Assembly: GCF_009914755.1 (NCBI RefSeq)
Contig: NC_060925.1
DNA length: 64,000 nt
DNA from: the human T2T-CHM13v2.0 reference genome, Homo sapiens
Reading direction: 5' to 3' (one strand)
A program made the position numbers and the translations under genes. The stretch's first letter is position 1, and each line of letters begins with the position of its first letter. A model generated the notes under the pieces. The model saw nothing but the letters and a program-made list of their open reading frames with translations. It was not told the DNA's origin and did not search any database. Below, piece by piece: positions 27,151 to 41,006 of the stretch.

Positions 27151-27818
27151 GCTGCCCCTAGTTGTCCTTCCTTCAATTCATCCTCCACACTGTTAGAGTC
27201 CTCCTCCTTTCTAAAGTCCAGATCTGATCTTGTCACGCTCTGCTTCCATTCTTTCCAAGATGTCTGTTTACTTACAAGATAAATTAGAAGCTTATGTCTC
27301 TTGAGACTCAGCCTGTGCTCAACTGTCCACTCTCTTATTCCCTACCCAAGGCCCCATCTTGACAGCCACATGGAACTATCTACACTCTAGTCTAAACGTC
27401 AATGCCGCTTCACATCAAGGCCTGTGGACATATAACTCCTCCTTTTTGGAACATCTTTCTCCATTCTCATCACCCCTTCCTGCCGCACACTCACTCACTC
27501 ATACACACACACTTCTCCCAGTGATCTTTAAATTCCTATTAAGATCCATGCAAATGTTCCCTTCTCGATAGAGGTTTCCTGGACACACCCAAGCAGAGGA
27601 AATCATGCCTCTCTTTGTGCTATTTTTAGCACTTACTAATATCTCTTATGACATTTATCAAACTGTCCCACAATTCTTTGTCTTTTAGGGAAGCCTTTAG
27701 GGTAGGCATAAAGTCATTTCTGTATCTCCAACACTAGCATAGTACATCGTGTAATGTTAAGTATGTCTATATGGGTACATATGCATACACACACATGTGT
27801 GTAGGAAACATAACGACA

Positions 27819-28172
<354 letters not shown>

Positions 28173-29192
28173 TCATTAGAACCCTGGTTAGGCTCCTCTC
28201 TTATCAACTTACCCTCATGACCAGCTTCTGCCTCCTGTTCCCATCAGAGGAGGTTTAAGGCCAATTAGCAACATGTGTCTTTCATCCTTTTCTTTTCTTC
28301 TACTGTGGAGGTTCATCACAGCACTTCTATCAGTTCACCAGATGAAAGAGGCATCCATCTGTGCCTCTTCATCTGTTGGTTGTAATGCAGCACATATGAT
28401 AAGTGGGTATTGAGTGGACCTGGACTGGAGTCACAATCACTGATTATGTGCTGGAAGTCAGAGGGGGACAGGGAAAGTCCCCCTTTCCTAGGAAAAGGGT
28501 CCTCAAGTTGCCAAGAAAAGCAAGAGATCAAATTCCCCCGAGGAGTGGATTTCTGACCACTCCTTGGTTTGTTTTTTGTTTTTGTTTTGTTTTGTCTGTT
28601 TTTTGCTTGAGTTAATTTAAGTTAGTTTCTATTACTTGCAACTAAGAAGTTTTAATGAATTCACTTGAAATACTATTGTTAGGAAGGAAACAACTTGCTT
28701 GAGAGGTCAAGCTTAGGCTGAAAGTCAACATTGGCCAAGGCACTTAGAGAGCAATTAATCCTCGTGGCAAGGCAGGGATGGGGTGGAGGGGATAGATGAT
28801 TTCTAAGGTCCTTTCTAAGAGGATAAGAGTGCTTCCCCTGGTCAGTGGTTCTGGCTAGTCTCCTCCCTCCCTTCAAAATGCGAAGCAAAAGGCAGGGAGA
28901 AGGTCTCCTTGCAGATCTTCAGCTCTCTCAGGGAAAGAGACCCACGTCACTCCCAGCAGAGTCCTGCATGGCAGCAAGGGGCCAGGGCGGAAGAAGAACA
29001 AAAGACACCTGGAGAAGAAAGGCAGTGCCTTTCCCTGCAGCAGCCAGGGCTGCAGATATGATGGAGCAGGGGAGATGGTCTCTTCTAGAGCAGCATGAGC
29101 CGAGTTACACAGATGATGTAAGGAAGAAGTAGAGAAACTGCAGTCTCAGCTCAGAGTTTTCCTTACATGCTTGTGAAAATAAAGTCACCCTC

Positions 29193-29490
29193 TGTTGCAG
29201 GCTGAATAATGGCCCCCCAGGATGTCCACATTCTAATCCCTGGAACCTGTCCATGTTTTATTATATGGCAAAAGAGACTTTGTAGATGTGATTAAATTAA
29301 GGCTCTTGAGATTGGGAGATTATCCTGGATTATCAGAGTAGGCTTGATGTAATCACAAGAGTCCTTCTAAGAGAAAAGCAGGATGCAGCCCCCTGATGAC
29401 AGAAGCAGAGAGGAAAGCAGAGTTGGAGACAGAAGACGCTATGCTATTGGCTTCCTAAAGACAGAGGAAAGGGCCACAAACCAAAGAATA
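29193..29490 (+). mobile_element. MLT1C/D-type LTR fragment
   Basis: gctgaataatggcccc..ctaatccctggaacctgt..gagattatcctggattatc. Confidence 0.8.
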
Positions 29491-29599
29491 CACTTGTATT
29501 CTTCAGTAAATAGCAGCTGCCTTGGAGTGTTGCTTGATTCAATACATGTAATAGTAATCGTTCAATAAATGCTTGCTATTATACCCTTGGATGTCTTAG

Positions 29600-29900
29600 A
29601 GCTGCACTGTCCAATATGGTAGCCACAAGCCACATGTGACCATTCGACACAGGTGTGGATTTTCCGAATTGAGGTATGCTGTATGTGTAAAATAACACAC
29701 CAAAATTCAGATACTGAGTACAAAACAAAGAATGTAAACTAGCTCAGTAATCTTAATATTAATTATTTGTTGAAATAACATTTTTAACACATCCAATTAA
29801 ATAAAATATATTAAAATTAAATTTCACCTTTTTTTAGTGTAGCTACTAGAAACTTTAAAATTCTATATGTTGCTCACATTATATTTCTTTCAGACAGTGC
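29600..29900. mobile_element. MER33/MER3-like hAT DNA transposon
   Basis: cactgtccaatatggtagccac ... gacagtgct inverted termini. Confidence 0.7.
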
Positions 29901-30956
29901 TCTTTTGAGTCTCTGACCCGTTACTGAATAGAACAGTCTAGAAGCAAGCCCTACACATTTAGGGAAAGTGATGTCATACACTGACTTCTTTACAGTCACC
30001 CCGGTACTCATCTGCTCCTTGGGCTCTGAATTTCTACAATGCTGACTGAGGAACATCCCCGAGCACACCGTTAATTCTGGACTGACAGGTACAACTAAAC
30101 CAAGAGAGGGAATTCAGTTGGCCTCAGAGACAACACAGGCCCCTGCACCAGGACAGAAGGAAGTAATCGCTCCTTTCTCTTTTAAATGTCCAATAAGTTC
30201 AGAGCACCACACCCCCACACAGTGCCTCAGTGGGCACCTGTACGTACACTCCATGAGGTGGCTATTCCTTTAATACCTACCATCTGCTCCAAAATGTTTA
30301 TCCAACAGTTTGCCATGGTGCTTGAACTTCTATCATTTGGGTGCCTCTTTGGAACAGGAAATTTAACTCTGTCTGGTGACCGTGCACAGGATTTATAGCT
30401 GTTGAGCCTCAGGAGCCATCAGGAACTGAGCTTGCTTTCTTTCCTTCTCTGGCCCTGCCCATTCACTTTCTGTCCAAGAGTGGCCCTAAACCAGAAGAAA
30501 CCTCCCAACTCCCTTCTCCTGATAGTCCCTAAAGACCACACACATGGTCTGCTTCCTTATGAAAGGCTCCACTGCCAATCACTGCAGTGATACTGATGAC
30601 AAAGGATGGCAACAATAACAAAGCTAGGCAAGCTTCAAGGGCTCCAGAATCTTACTCAGGTATCTCAGCCACGAGCCCGGGTCTAGGGGGACTGAAAGGG
30701 ACTTTGGCCACTGCCATTATTCTTGAGAGTGGAGCTCTCCACCCAGTGCCTGAAAGTAAAGGAGATACGGGTTCAGCCCATTCTCCACTTTGTAGGCGTG
30801 AAGATGCAGCAGAGGCAGAAGAACAGCTGCTGCCCTCAGGGACAAGTGTGCAATTTCTACCTAAGAGGCCTCTAGGCTGCGTGATGTGCATTTCACAGGT
30901 TCTCGGCCTCTACCTCTTGATGTTCCTCACAATGTCCACTAAAAACTGTGTTTCTA

Positions 30957-31530
30957 ATTAAAAATAGAATTACCATAAGATCCAGCAATTTCATTATTGA
31001 GTATATACCCGAGAGAATTGAAATCAGGGACACAGACAGATATTTGTACACCCATGTTCATAGCAGCATTATTCAAAATAGCCAAAAGGTAGACACAACC
31101 CAGTGTCCTTCGACAGATGGATAAACAGGATGTGGTATATACATACAATTGAATATTATTCAGCCTTAAAAGGGAAGGAAATTCTGATAAATGCTTCAAC
31201 ACGGATGGACCTTGAGGACCTAATGCTAAGCAAAAAAGCCAGACACAAAAGGATAAATATTGTATCACTCCATTTATATGACGTACCTTGACTAGTCAAT
31301 TTCACAAAGACAGAAAGTAGGTTAAGGTTGCCAGGAGCTGGGCAAGGGGTCACTGGGGACCAATTTTTTGATGGGTACAGAGTTTAAAGGGCAAGATAAA
31401 AAGAGTTCTGGAGATGGACAGTGGTGATGGTTGCACAACTATGTGAATGTACTCAATGCCACTGAAATGTACACTTAAAAATGTACATTGTAAATGGTAA
31501 ATTCTGTTATGTGTATTTTATCACTTTTTT
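30957..31530 (+). mobile_element. L1MB 3' end
   Basis: atagaattaccata..gatccagcaatt; gtggtgatggttgcacaac..gtacacttaaaa. Confidence 0.85.
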
Positions 31531-32199
31531 AAAAGTACCTCTAATTTTTTAAAAATCTGTTCTTATAACATTTCTAACCAGAGCCAGGTTGCAATCAAAT
31601 ATGTTTTCAAGTATACCAATTTGAGAAAACTCATTCCCCACTCCTCACACTCCCTAATGGAAGAACCTCCACCAGGGAAACCCCCTACCCCCACCAAACT
31701 CTCTCAGTTCTAGGCACTCCTCCCCAAGGGTGGGCTTCATTCAGATGTGCCTTTGTCTCTCCTTAGAATCTGCTGGCCACCTGGGAGGTGCATACTTATC
31801 TGATCTCAGGGGCCTGGATGCTTCCACCCAGAACCCACAGGGGAGGCCTGCACTTTGGCAATAAGTTTACATCAGGGGCTGTTAGCAAGGCAAGCACATG
31901 TGGGTGCATGCCTGACATCAGATTCTGTTAGTAATAAAGCTGATAGTTTTATTACCATCTTCTTGACTACTGATAATAAGGAGATGAGATCACGGTTATC
32001 AGGACCTATGAACTTGGAGAAAAGTCTTTAACCACCGAGTTAAGTTCCCTCTAATTCTCTTTATCAAGAACTTTGATTCAGAACCAGGCCAGAAAGAAAA
32101 AAGGTCTTATTCATTGATTCCCTAAAATCCAAGCATGACCAGTGTTAGACCAGAAAGTGAAGTCCAGGGTTTTCCGCTGGACCTAAGTTTCAGCAGCCT

Positions 32200-32860
32200 T
32201 GTCTAAGGAAGGTGGTTACTAAATGCTGGTTATTAAGCTATTGTCTCTAGGATCTAAATCTACCCTTTTGCACTTGTTTTGTGATGCTGGATCCAGGACT
32301 CTGGTAAGCATATTTCTCCATTGCCAGCTTGCTCGCTGTCAGGTTCTGCTGACAGGGATGTTGGAGAGAGACTGGAAGGCAAGAGAAGGAAGAACTGTCC
32401 TTCCTATCAGCTGGCTACTCCTGGCAATAGGCCCAGGAATGGTCCTTCATCCTAGCAGCAGGTTGTCCCAGTCACCAGCTTCTTTTAGCGCCCTCAAAAC
32501 AAGCCTCATGACACCTCCTCAGAAGGACCGTGTGAGTGAGGCAGCACCCACTCTACAGAGATCTGAGCTCTGCAGGGCCCCTCCGTGATAAACAGAATCA
32601 GTCAGAGGGGGACTTAACTCAGTGGCTAAGGACTTTTCTCCAAGTATGGAGGTCCTGATAACCCTGACTTCATTAACCCTTTATTGCCCTAGCCAGTGGG
32701 GTGGGAGGGAGAGATTGTTTCCTGCCCTTTTTTCGTTGTTATATCACTATTGTCTTGTTTTGCTTTTTTTTAGTCCACCAATAACTATTTAATTTCCTAT
32801 ATTAAACATTTCCTGTTAAATACCTAGTGTGGTTGCTGTTTTTCTGACTGGGCCCTGAGT
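32200..32860 (+). mobile_element. LTR41-like ERVL LTR
   Basis: attaagctattgtctct..gtgatgctgg; ends gtttttctgactgggccctga. Confidence 0.6.
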
Positions 32861-32879
32861 ACTTTCTGGGGTTGAGGTC

Positions 32880-33536
32880 CATGGCAGATAGCCCTTAGGG
32901 TGACTCTCATGACTCCTGTCTCTGGTGTCCATGGCCTGTATAATCTCTTCCTTTTGAGTGGAGGTGAGACGTGTTGACGTGGGTCTACCCATAGAATGTG
33001 GCAAAGGTGAAAGGACTTTGCAGATGGAGTTAAGGTCCCAAAGCAGTTGACTTTGAGTTAACAAAAAGGGAGGTGATCTGGAACGAGCCTGACTTAATCA
33101 GGTGAAAGACCTTGAAAGAGGAACCCTGGCCCTCCCTGAGATTGAAGAGATTCTCCTTGCTGAAGTAGCAGCCATTCTGAGGAAGCCTCCATGGAAAAGA
33201 ACTGAGAATGGCCCCCAAGACCAGAGGAAGCCTCCAGCTGACAGCAAGCAAAACCCCAGGCTCTCAGCCATACCACCACAATAAAATAAATTTGGCCAAC
33301 AACTTGAGTGAGGTAGGAAGCAGATTTTCCCCCAGCAGAGCCTCCAGATGAAAACTTTGGCTGAAGTTTCAGTCCAGCTGAAGCCTCAACTGCAGTCTCA
33401 TGAGACTCTGAGCAGAGGACTCAGGTAGACCACACCTAGACTCCTGACCCACAGAAGCCAAGTTGATAAATGTGTGCATTGTTGGGAGCTGCTTGATGTG
33501 TTGGTGATCTGCTATGCAGCAATAGAAACTAATACA
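32880..33536 (+). mobile_element. MLT1E-type LTR
   Basis: gactttgcagatg..ttaaggtccc..gcagcaatagaaactaataca. Confidence 0.8.
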
Positions 33537-33882
33537 ACATCTAAAGACTTCATATGAGGCAAACTAAACACTGTTCCAAGTACCCATGAAAATCCCAGAA
33601 GAGCTGACACCAACAGCCCAACACAGCCAGGTTTTTTCTTCCAGATTGGGACTTACAGTACCAATCAAAGAAGGTGGCTTTCATTTAGGAACCATGTGGT
33701 TCAAAACTACAAGTGTTTTTAAACATTAGAATCACACTCAGCATACTAAGATATCACACAAGATAACTGAGATTTAGGCAAAGCCGATTTGCCTCTCCTT
33801 CTCACTCTCATTCTGTGGTGTATATTCATTGAATGGAATAGCAGGTGGAGATTCTCTTACTATTTAAAGTGTTCTCTTGCTC

Positions 33883-34231
<349 letters not shown>

Positions 34232-34999
34232 TTAAACAAGCATATAATGTAATTCCTTATTTGAGATTTTGTGTTTGCATTTTTAAATTAATAAGACATT
34301 TGTGATAAATTTTGGAGAAGCTTCTTTTACACTTTAAGACATCTAGTTTAGCCAAGACCATATTGAACCTGCCCATAGTCCATTGACAAGAGAAATGAAA
34401 ATCCTCTTTCAGGAGGTAGCTGCAAAAGAATATGAATGCTTCTTTGGGCCCTCTATGTAAAACATGGCAACAAAAGGACTCAAGCCAGATCTTCTATCTC
34501 CATCCATCTCAGAAAGAATAATTCATAATGAGCGAAAAACAGCAAAATTGTGTCACTAAAATGACCTGAGACTTGGAATTAGGCAAAAGAAAATTCTAAG
34601 TGTTCTTTCAGTGCAGTACAGGGCATGATTTCTATGGACTATGTTATTTTACAATACTGTAGGAATACACCAGGCACAGTGGTTCGTGCCTGTAATCCCA
34701 GAAATTTGGGAGCCTGAGGCAGGAGGATCCCTTGATCCCAGGAAGGACCAACCTGGGCAACACAGTGAGACTCTGAGAGACAAGCGCTGGACACAGGAGC
34801 AGGCCACATGGGATGGTCTGGACAGGCTCTGCAGCACAGCAGCCTTCATGAGAAACAGGCAGAAGGGCCCGGGCATGAGAAGCTACTGCAAACAAAAAGC
34901 AGCAGCAGCTATAAAGGGCTTGTTCCCAAGCAACATGAATCATCTCTGAACTGGTCTGGTCCAATCCCTATAGTCTAACTAGCAAATATATTTTTTAAA

Positions 35000-35830
35000 A
35001 TATTAGCAAACACACACACTAAAAACAGATTTTCATCTTTGCCAAGTGTGTGTTTTTTTCCTACACCAACCTATTATCCAATTCTCCTACAACAACTGAG
35101 TATCCTATAATTCAGTTCAACTCTGAGACTCAGTGGCGGGCAGACTCCACAGGCTTAAGGGCACAGTCCCATAGGATTGCCCTCACTTCTGATGCCAGTC
35201 ACAAGCATCAGATCTCCAGGCTACCCACATTTGCATCTGACTTGGCTACAAAGTCAGGCTTCCCACACCCCACCCCTTGCCAGGGTTCAATAATTTGCTA
35301 GAATGACTCATAGAACTCAGGGGCCACTTTACTTACATTTACCGATTTATTATAAAGGATACAAATGAAGAGCCAAAGGAACAGGCCCAGAAGATGAGGT
35401 CCGGGAGGGTCCGGAGCACAGGGCTTCTGTCCCCATGGAGTTGGGATACACCATCCTCCCAGTATGTGAACGTGTTCACCAACTCAGAACCTCATTGTTT
35501 AAAGGTTTTTATGGAGCTTTTATTACATAGGGATGATTGATGGAATCATTGGTCATTGGTGACTAAATTCAATCTCCAGCCCCTCTCCCTTCCCCATATG
35601 AGGAGGGGGTGGAGCTGAAACTTCTGAGCTTTATCAGAACTTGATCAGAACTAGCTCCCATCTTAAAGTGATCTAGGGGACCCTGCCAAGAGTCACCTCA
35701 TTAGCACAAACACAGATTGCTGAAAGGGGTGCATAATGAATAACAAAAGATGCTCCTATTGCTCAGGAAATTTCAAAGGTTTCAGGAGCTTTGCGCCAAG
35801 GACAAAGAACAAATTTTTTTTCCTATTATA
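35000..35830. mobile_element. MER21-family LTR
   Basis: aactgagtatcctataattcagttcaa..gccctcacttctgatgcca..ataatttgctagaa. Confidence 0.7.
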
Positions 35831-36583
35831 TATTCCAATGAATCCAGACAAGTTCATCAGAAAGTCAAACATATTGGTTGTCACAGTATATCTAAATAAG
35901 TTATATTTTTCTATGAAATGACAAAGATCATCATATTTGATCTAACCATATACTGTCCACAAGAGGCACATCTAAAACAAAAATAAATAAATAAAAATAA
36001 AAAATAAAAAGATAGAAAAAGATATAGTATACAAAAAGAATTAAAGTCCTAAACTATTAAAATAAAGGATAAGTAGTAAAAATCAAGATCTGCAATGAAG
36101 ATGTGTTTGTCATAAATCTTTAGTTTCTGAATAAGAGGAAAATGACCAAAACACAATTGCTGTGGAGATTTCATCAGTTCTTAACAGATCAAGTAAACAA
36201 ACAAAAGATGTAGAATGTCAGAAAAAAGTCATTGCTGGGATCCACTTTGTAAATATTGAAAAAAAAAACAAAAAAAATCTTTTTCAGGGTCTATGGAACA
36301 ATTTTTTAAAATTGATTACATATTAAACCACTAAAAACCTTAAATAAATTTCAAGCCCAGAAATTTCATGACTACATTGCATACCACAATACAGTAAAAC
36401 CAGAAATTGAAAAAATGTGTAAACAAAAATCGTCCAACTACTTGGTTTGAAAACACTCTTCAAAATAATCCACGGATCAAACAGGAAACGAAAACTGCAA
36501 TTTACAGAACTCTTGGGCAATAATGATAATGAAAATACCACATATCAACATCAAGAGAAGACATCCACATCTGTAATCAGAAG

Positions 36584-36984
36584 TGTAAAATCAACTTTAG
36601 CCTAAAGCTGCAGACTTACTTATTTTAAGTTCGGTCTAAAGGCTTCTCAGTACATCGTGAACTGTAACCTACCTGGATGTATAAACAGACTGTAGCCTAC
36701 TTTTGTGCCAATCAAGTTTGGGCCAATCACAGGCTGCCAACCATTCAAACTGTGTTCAAATAAGCTAAATGCCTGAGCTGTAACCAATCCAGCTGTTTCT
36801 GTGCCTCACTTCTGTTTCCTGTAAGTCACTTTTCTTTTCCTGTTCGTAAATATTGCTCCACCACACAGCAGCGCCATAGTCACTCTGATCCTATTCTAGT
36901 TTGGGAAGCTGCCTGATTCACAAGTCATTATTTGCCCAGTTAAGCTCTGCTAATGTTAATTTCTCTAAAGTTTATCTTTTAACA
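36584..36984 (+). mobile_element. MER57-like ERV1 solo LTR
   Basis: TG...CA termini, 4-bp TSD gaag, several CCAAT boxes. Confidence 0.75.
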
Positions 36985-37289
36985 GAAGTGACTTCAAAGG
37001 GTTTGAGGAAAATGGTAATGAACATTTGTTGAGCAATTACTGTCTGCCAGACACTGTGCTAAGCACTTTTACAAGTGGTTTCTCAATGATTCCCCATAAC
37101 TAACCTGAATTGCTTTAATTATCAAATAAGAAAGAATGAGAATATATGAAGTAAGCATATAACTCAAGATGTCAAAAAGAGGGATGTTAAATTAAGCTTT
37201 AGAAACAGAATAAAGTAATAAAGTTAAGAGATGAAACTCATGAGAAACCTGTGAAGGAACAGAATTGATCAATCAGCCCCAGCAGGTGT

Positions 37290-37765
37290 ACATAGCAGAA
37301 GCTGTCATGCTTCTCCCATATGCTCAGAGCCACATCACTTCAGTGTCTTCCAAAAGAATTCCAATGCCAGTGTCTGCATTCCTTTGCCTACCAGCCTTTT
37401 CTGAGACTGTAAGCAGCCTTTCTGCCTGTGCCTGAGACAGGCTATAAGTGCCAGGGAATTAACACCCTGACACCACCCACCGCCACACACAGTAACCTTC
37501 AACTGGTGACTGTCAGGAGTTGTATATAAATAACTCCCCTCTGCCACCTCAGGAGTGGAACCCCTCTGAGGCATGCTTTTACTCCCCAGATATTCCCACC
37601 ACATCCCAGTGCCTACAGAGGCAGATGGCTGGATAATTCCTCCTCTATGGGCCACATTTCTACCCCTGTGTCTCCTCCCTGCTCCCCACCAGGATTTTCC
37701 TGCACCAACCAAAAAACAACTTGAACTCAAATCCTTTTCTCAGAGGGAAACCCAAGCCATATACT
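37290..37765 (+). mobile_element. LTR16-like LTR
   Basis: tagcagaagctgt...ctgaggcatg...agggaaacccaag. Confidence 0.55.
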
Positions 37766-37789
37766 GAATAAACATTAAAAAAAAAAATC

Positions 37790-38110
<321 letters not shown>

Positions 38111-39155
38111 TATCCTACACCTATGGAGGGGGAAGAAAGAAAACAAAAATGGGCCATATTAGGAATGACACATTATAGCCTCAGATTAAAACTAAAGATT
38201 ATAATCATGCCTATAGATTAAAATTTTAAAATATTTCTACATAAAACTCTATACTAACTTGTTTGAAAATCTTAATAAAATGGTAAATTTATGGAAAATA
38301 TATAAGTAATCAAAACTAACTCGAGAGAATGTAGGTCTGAAAAGACTAACAAACATGGAATATATTGGAAAACATTGGCAAATAATTGCATCCTCCAAAG
38401 ATAGATCTAGGTAAATAGGTCTAGGTAGATAGCTCCTTAATATGACAAAAAATATATATTTCAAACCAACAGCCAGTTGTTAATGCTATCCAAAAAAAAA
38501 GTAGACTCTACAATATTAATAGTAGATGAAATAGATTTCAAGTCAGAAATATGACTAAAATAGCACCAAAAAGAGAAAATTACAGGCCAACCTGACTTAT
38601 GAATATAGATGCAAAAATCCTGAATAAAATATTATCCAATTAAATGCACCAGTGTGATAAAAGAATAATGCACTGTGATCAAGTAGGTTTATTTTTATAA
38701 GAATGCAAGTACCAAAATTAGAATAACTATTAATATAATATTACCCATAAGAAGAAAAAGATTAACTCAATAGACACTAAAAACATACTTTTTTTGATAT
38801 TAAAAAAGAAAACTAAATAAACTAGAATGAAAATATACTTATTTAATGGGAGAAGAAATATTCATCTCAAATCAATAGGCAATATTATATTTAAAAGAAA
38901 AACTGTAGAGACACTATCAATAAAAAGTACAGTAAAGATGGTTGCCATTGTCACTATTATATAATGTTATGATAGCTGTAAATTTCTATTTTTGATAGAC
39001 GTACATTTCTGTTTCATTGCAGAGAAATTTACAGCTATCATAATATAATAGAAATACAAATATGCAGCTATCATAATATAATAGAAATATAAATGTACAG
39101 CTATCAGAATCAGAAATGTAATAAGTGTACAGCTATCAGAAAAGAGGAAGGTCTT

Positions 39156-39460
39156 GGCCAGGTGCCAGTGGCTCATGCCTGTAATCCCAGCACTTTGAGA
39201 GGCTAAGACGGGAGAACTGCTTGAGCCCTGGAGTTTGATACCAGCCTGGGCAATGAAGTGAGACCTTGTCTCTACAAAAAAAAAAAAAAAATTTTTAAAT
39301 TAGCTGGGCATGGTGGTGCATGCCTGTAGTCCCAGTTACTTAGAAGGCTGAGGCAGGAGGATCACTTGAGCCCCAGAGACTGAGGCTGCAGTGAGCCATA
39401 ATTGTGCCACTGCACTTCAGCCTGGGTGACAAAGTGAGACCCCCATTTCAAATAAAAGAA
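39156..39460 (+). mobile_element. AluJ
   Basis: Full dimer; TSD gagga(a/g)gtctt. Confidence 0.9.
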
Positions 39461-39700
39461 AGAAAGGAGGAAAGTCTTAGTTGCAGTTGACATAATTGCC
39501 TATCTTTAAAACCCAAGAATATTGTAGAAATAAACAAATGCCACTCAAAGAAAACAAGCAGAGGCTATTTATTCTGAGCTTGCTATTTTTAGTGGGTGGT
39601 CAGCCACCATCACTTGCATTGAGCAGAGTCACAGGCAGGCAGGGAGTAGGAAAGCATTAGAGCAGAGGAAAAAGGAAGGGAAGATTTCAGATATGCTCTG

Positions 39701-39729
39701 TGCAATGTACTGAATGTTTGGCCCCCTGC

Positions 39730-39767
<38 letters not shown>

Positions 39768-39887
39768 CATATATTGAAACCCACCCCTAATCCTAATGTG
39801 ATGGCATCTGGAGGTGGAAACTTTGAGAAGTGTATTAGTCAGGGTTCTCTAGAGGGACAGAACTAATAGGACATATATCCCTTTATA

Positions 39888-39936
<49 letters not shown>

Positions 39937-41006
39937 AGTTTATTAAGTAGTATTAACTCACACGATCACAAGGTCCCACAATAGGCTGTCTGCAAGCTGA
40001 GGAGCAAGAAAGCCAGTCCCAAAGCTGAAGAACTTGGAGTCCAATGTTCAAGGCAAGAAGCATCCAGCACAGGAGAAAGATGTAGGCTTGGAGGCTAAGC
40101 CAGTCTCTTTGCTAAAGCATAACAAGAGTCACCTTGGCTCCAGTTCCCAGCAAGTTCCTTATCTCCATGTAAAACCACCTCAGCCTAGATTTCATTGTCT
40201 GTATCATTATTAGCATTTTGGCCAAAGCCATTCAGCAAGTCTCCACGGAATTCCAAACTTTCCCACATTTTCCTGTCTTCTGAGCCTCCAAACTGTTCCA
40301 ACCTCTGCCTGTTACCCAGTTCCAAAGTTGCATCCACATTTTCGGGTATCTTTTCAGCAGTGCTCCACTCTACAGGTACCAATTTACTATATTAGTCCAT
40401 TTTCATGCTGCTGAAAAAGACATACCCGAGACTGGACAATTTAAAAAAAAAAAAAAAAGAGGCTTATTGGCCTTACAATTCCACATGGCTGGGGAGGCCT
40501 CAGAATCATGGCAGAAGGTGAAAGGCACATCTCACATGGTGGCAGACAAGAGAAGAGAGCTTGTGCAGAGAAAATTCCCTTTTTAAAAACCATCAGATCT
40601 TGTAAGACTTATTCACTATCACGAGAATAGCACGGGAAGGACCTGCCCCTATGATTCAATAACCTCCTACCTGGTCCCTCCCACAACATGTGGGAATTCC
40701 AGATGAGATTTGGGTGGTGACCCAGCCAAACCATATCAAGAAGTAATCAGGTCATGATGATGGAGCCCTCATGAACAGGATTGGTTCCCTTATAAGAGGC
40801 CAGAGACCTCTCTCACCCTCTTTCTGCCAAGTGAGGATACAACAAGATATCAGCAGTCCGCAACCCAAAAGAGGGTCCTCACCAGAACTCAATCATGCTG
40901 GCACCCTAATCTCAGACTTCCTGCCTCCAAAACTGTGAGAAATAAATTTCTGTTGTTTATAACCCATGCAGTATGGTACTTTGATAAAGCAGCCAGAACT
41001 AAGACA
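39701..41006 (+). mobile_element. MSTD-like MaLR LTR, itself interrupted at 39831-40738
   Basis: tgcaatgtactgaatgttt..actaagaca; 5-bp TSD ctctg. Confidence 0.8.
39831..40738 (-). mobile_element. Chimeric element: THE1 LTR + THE1 internal 5' part + MLT2A LTR 3' part
   Basis: MLT2A motif tgtattagtcagggttctctagagggacagaactaatagga with (TA)n; THE1-int ctttgctaaa..taacaagagtcacc; THE1 LTR ~40389-40738; TSD agaag. Confidence 0.8.
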
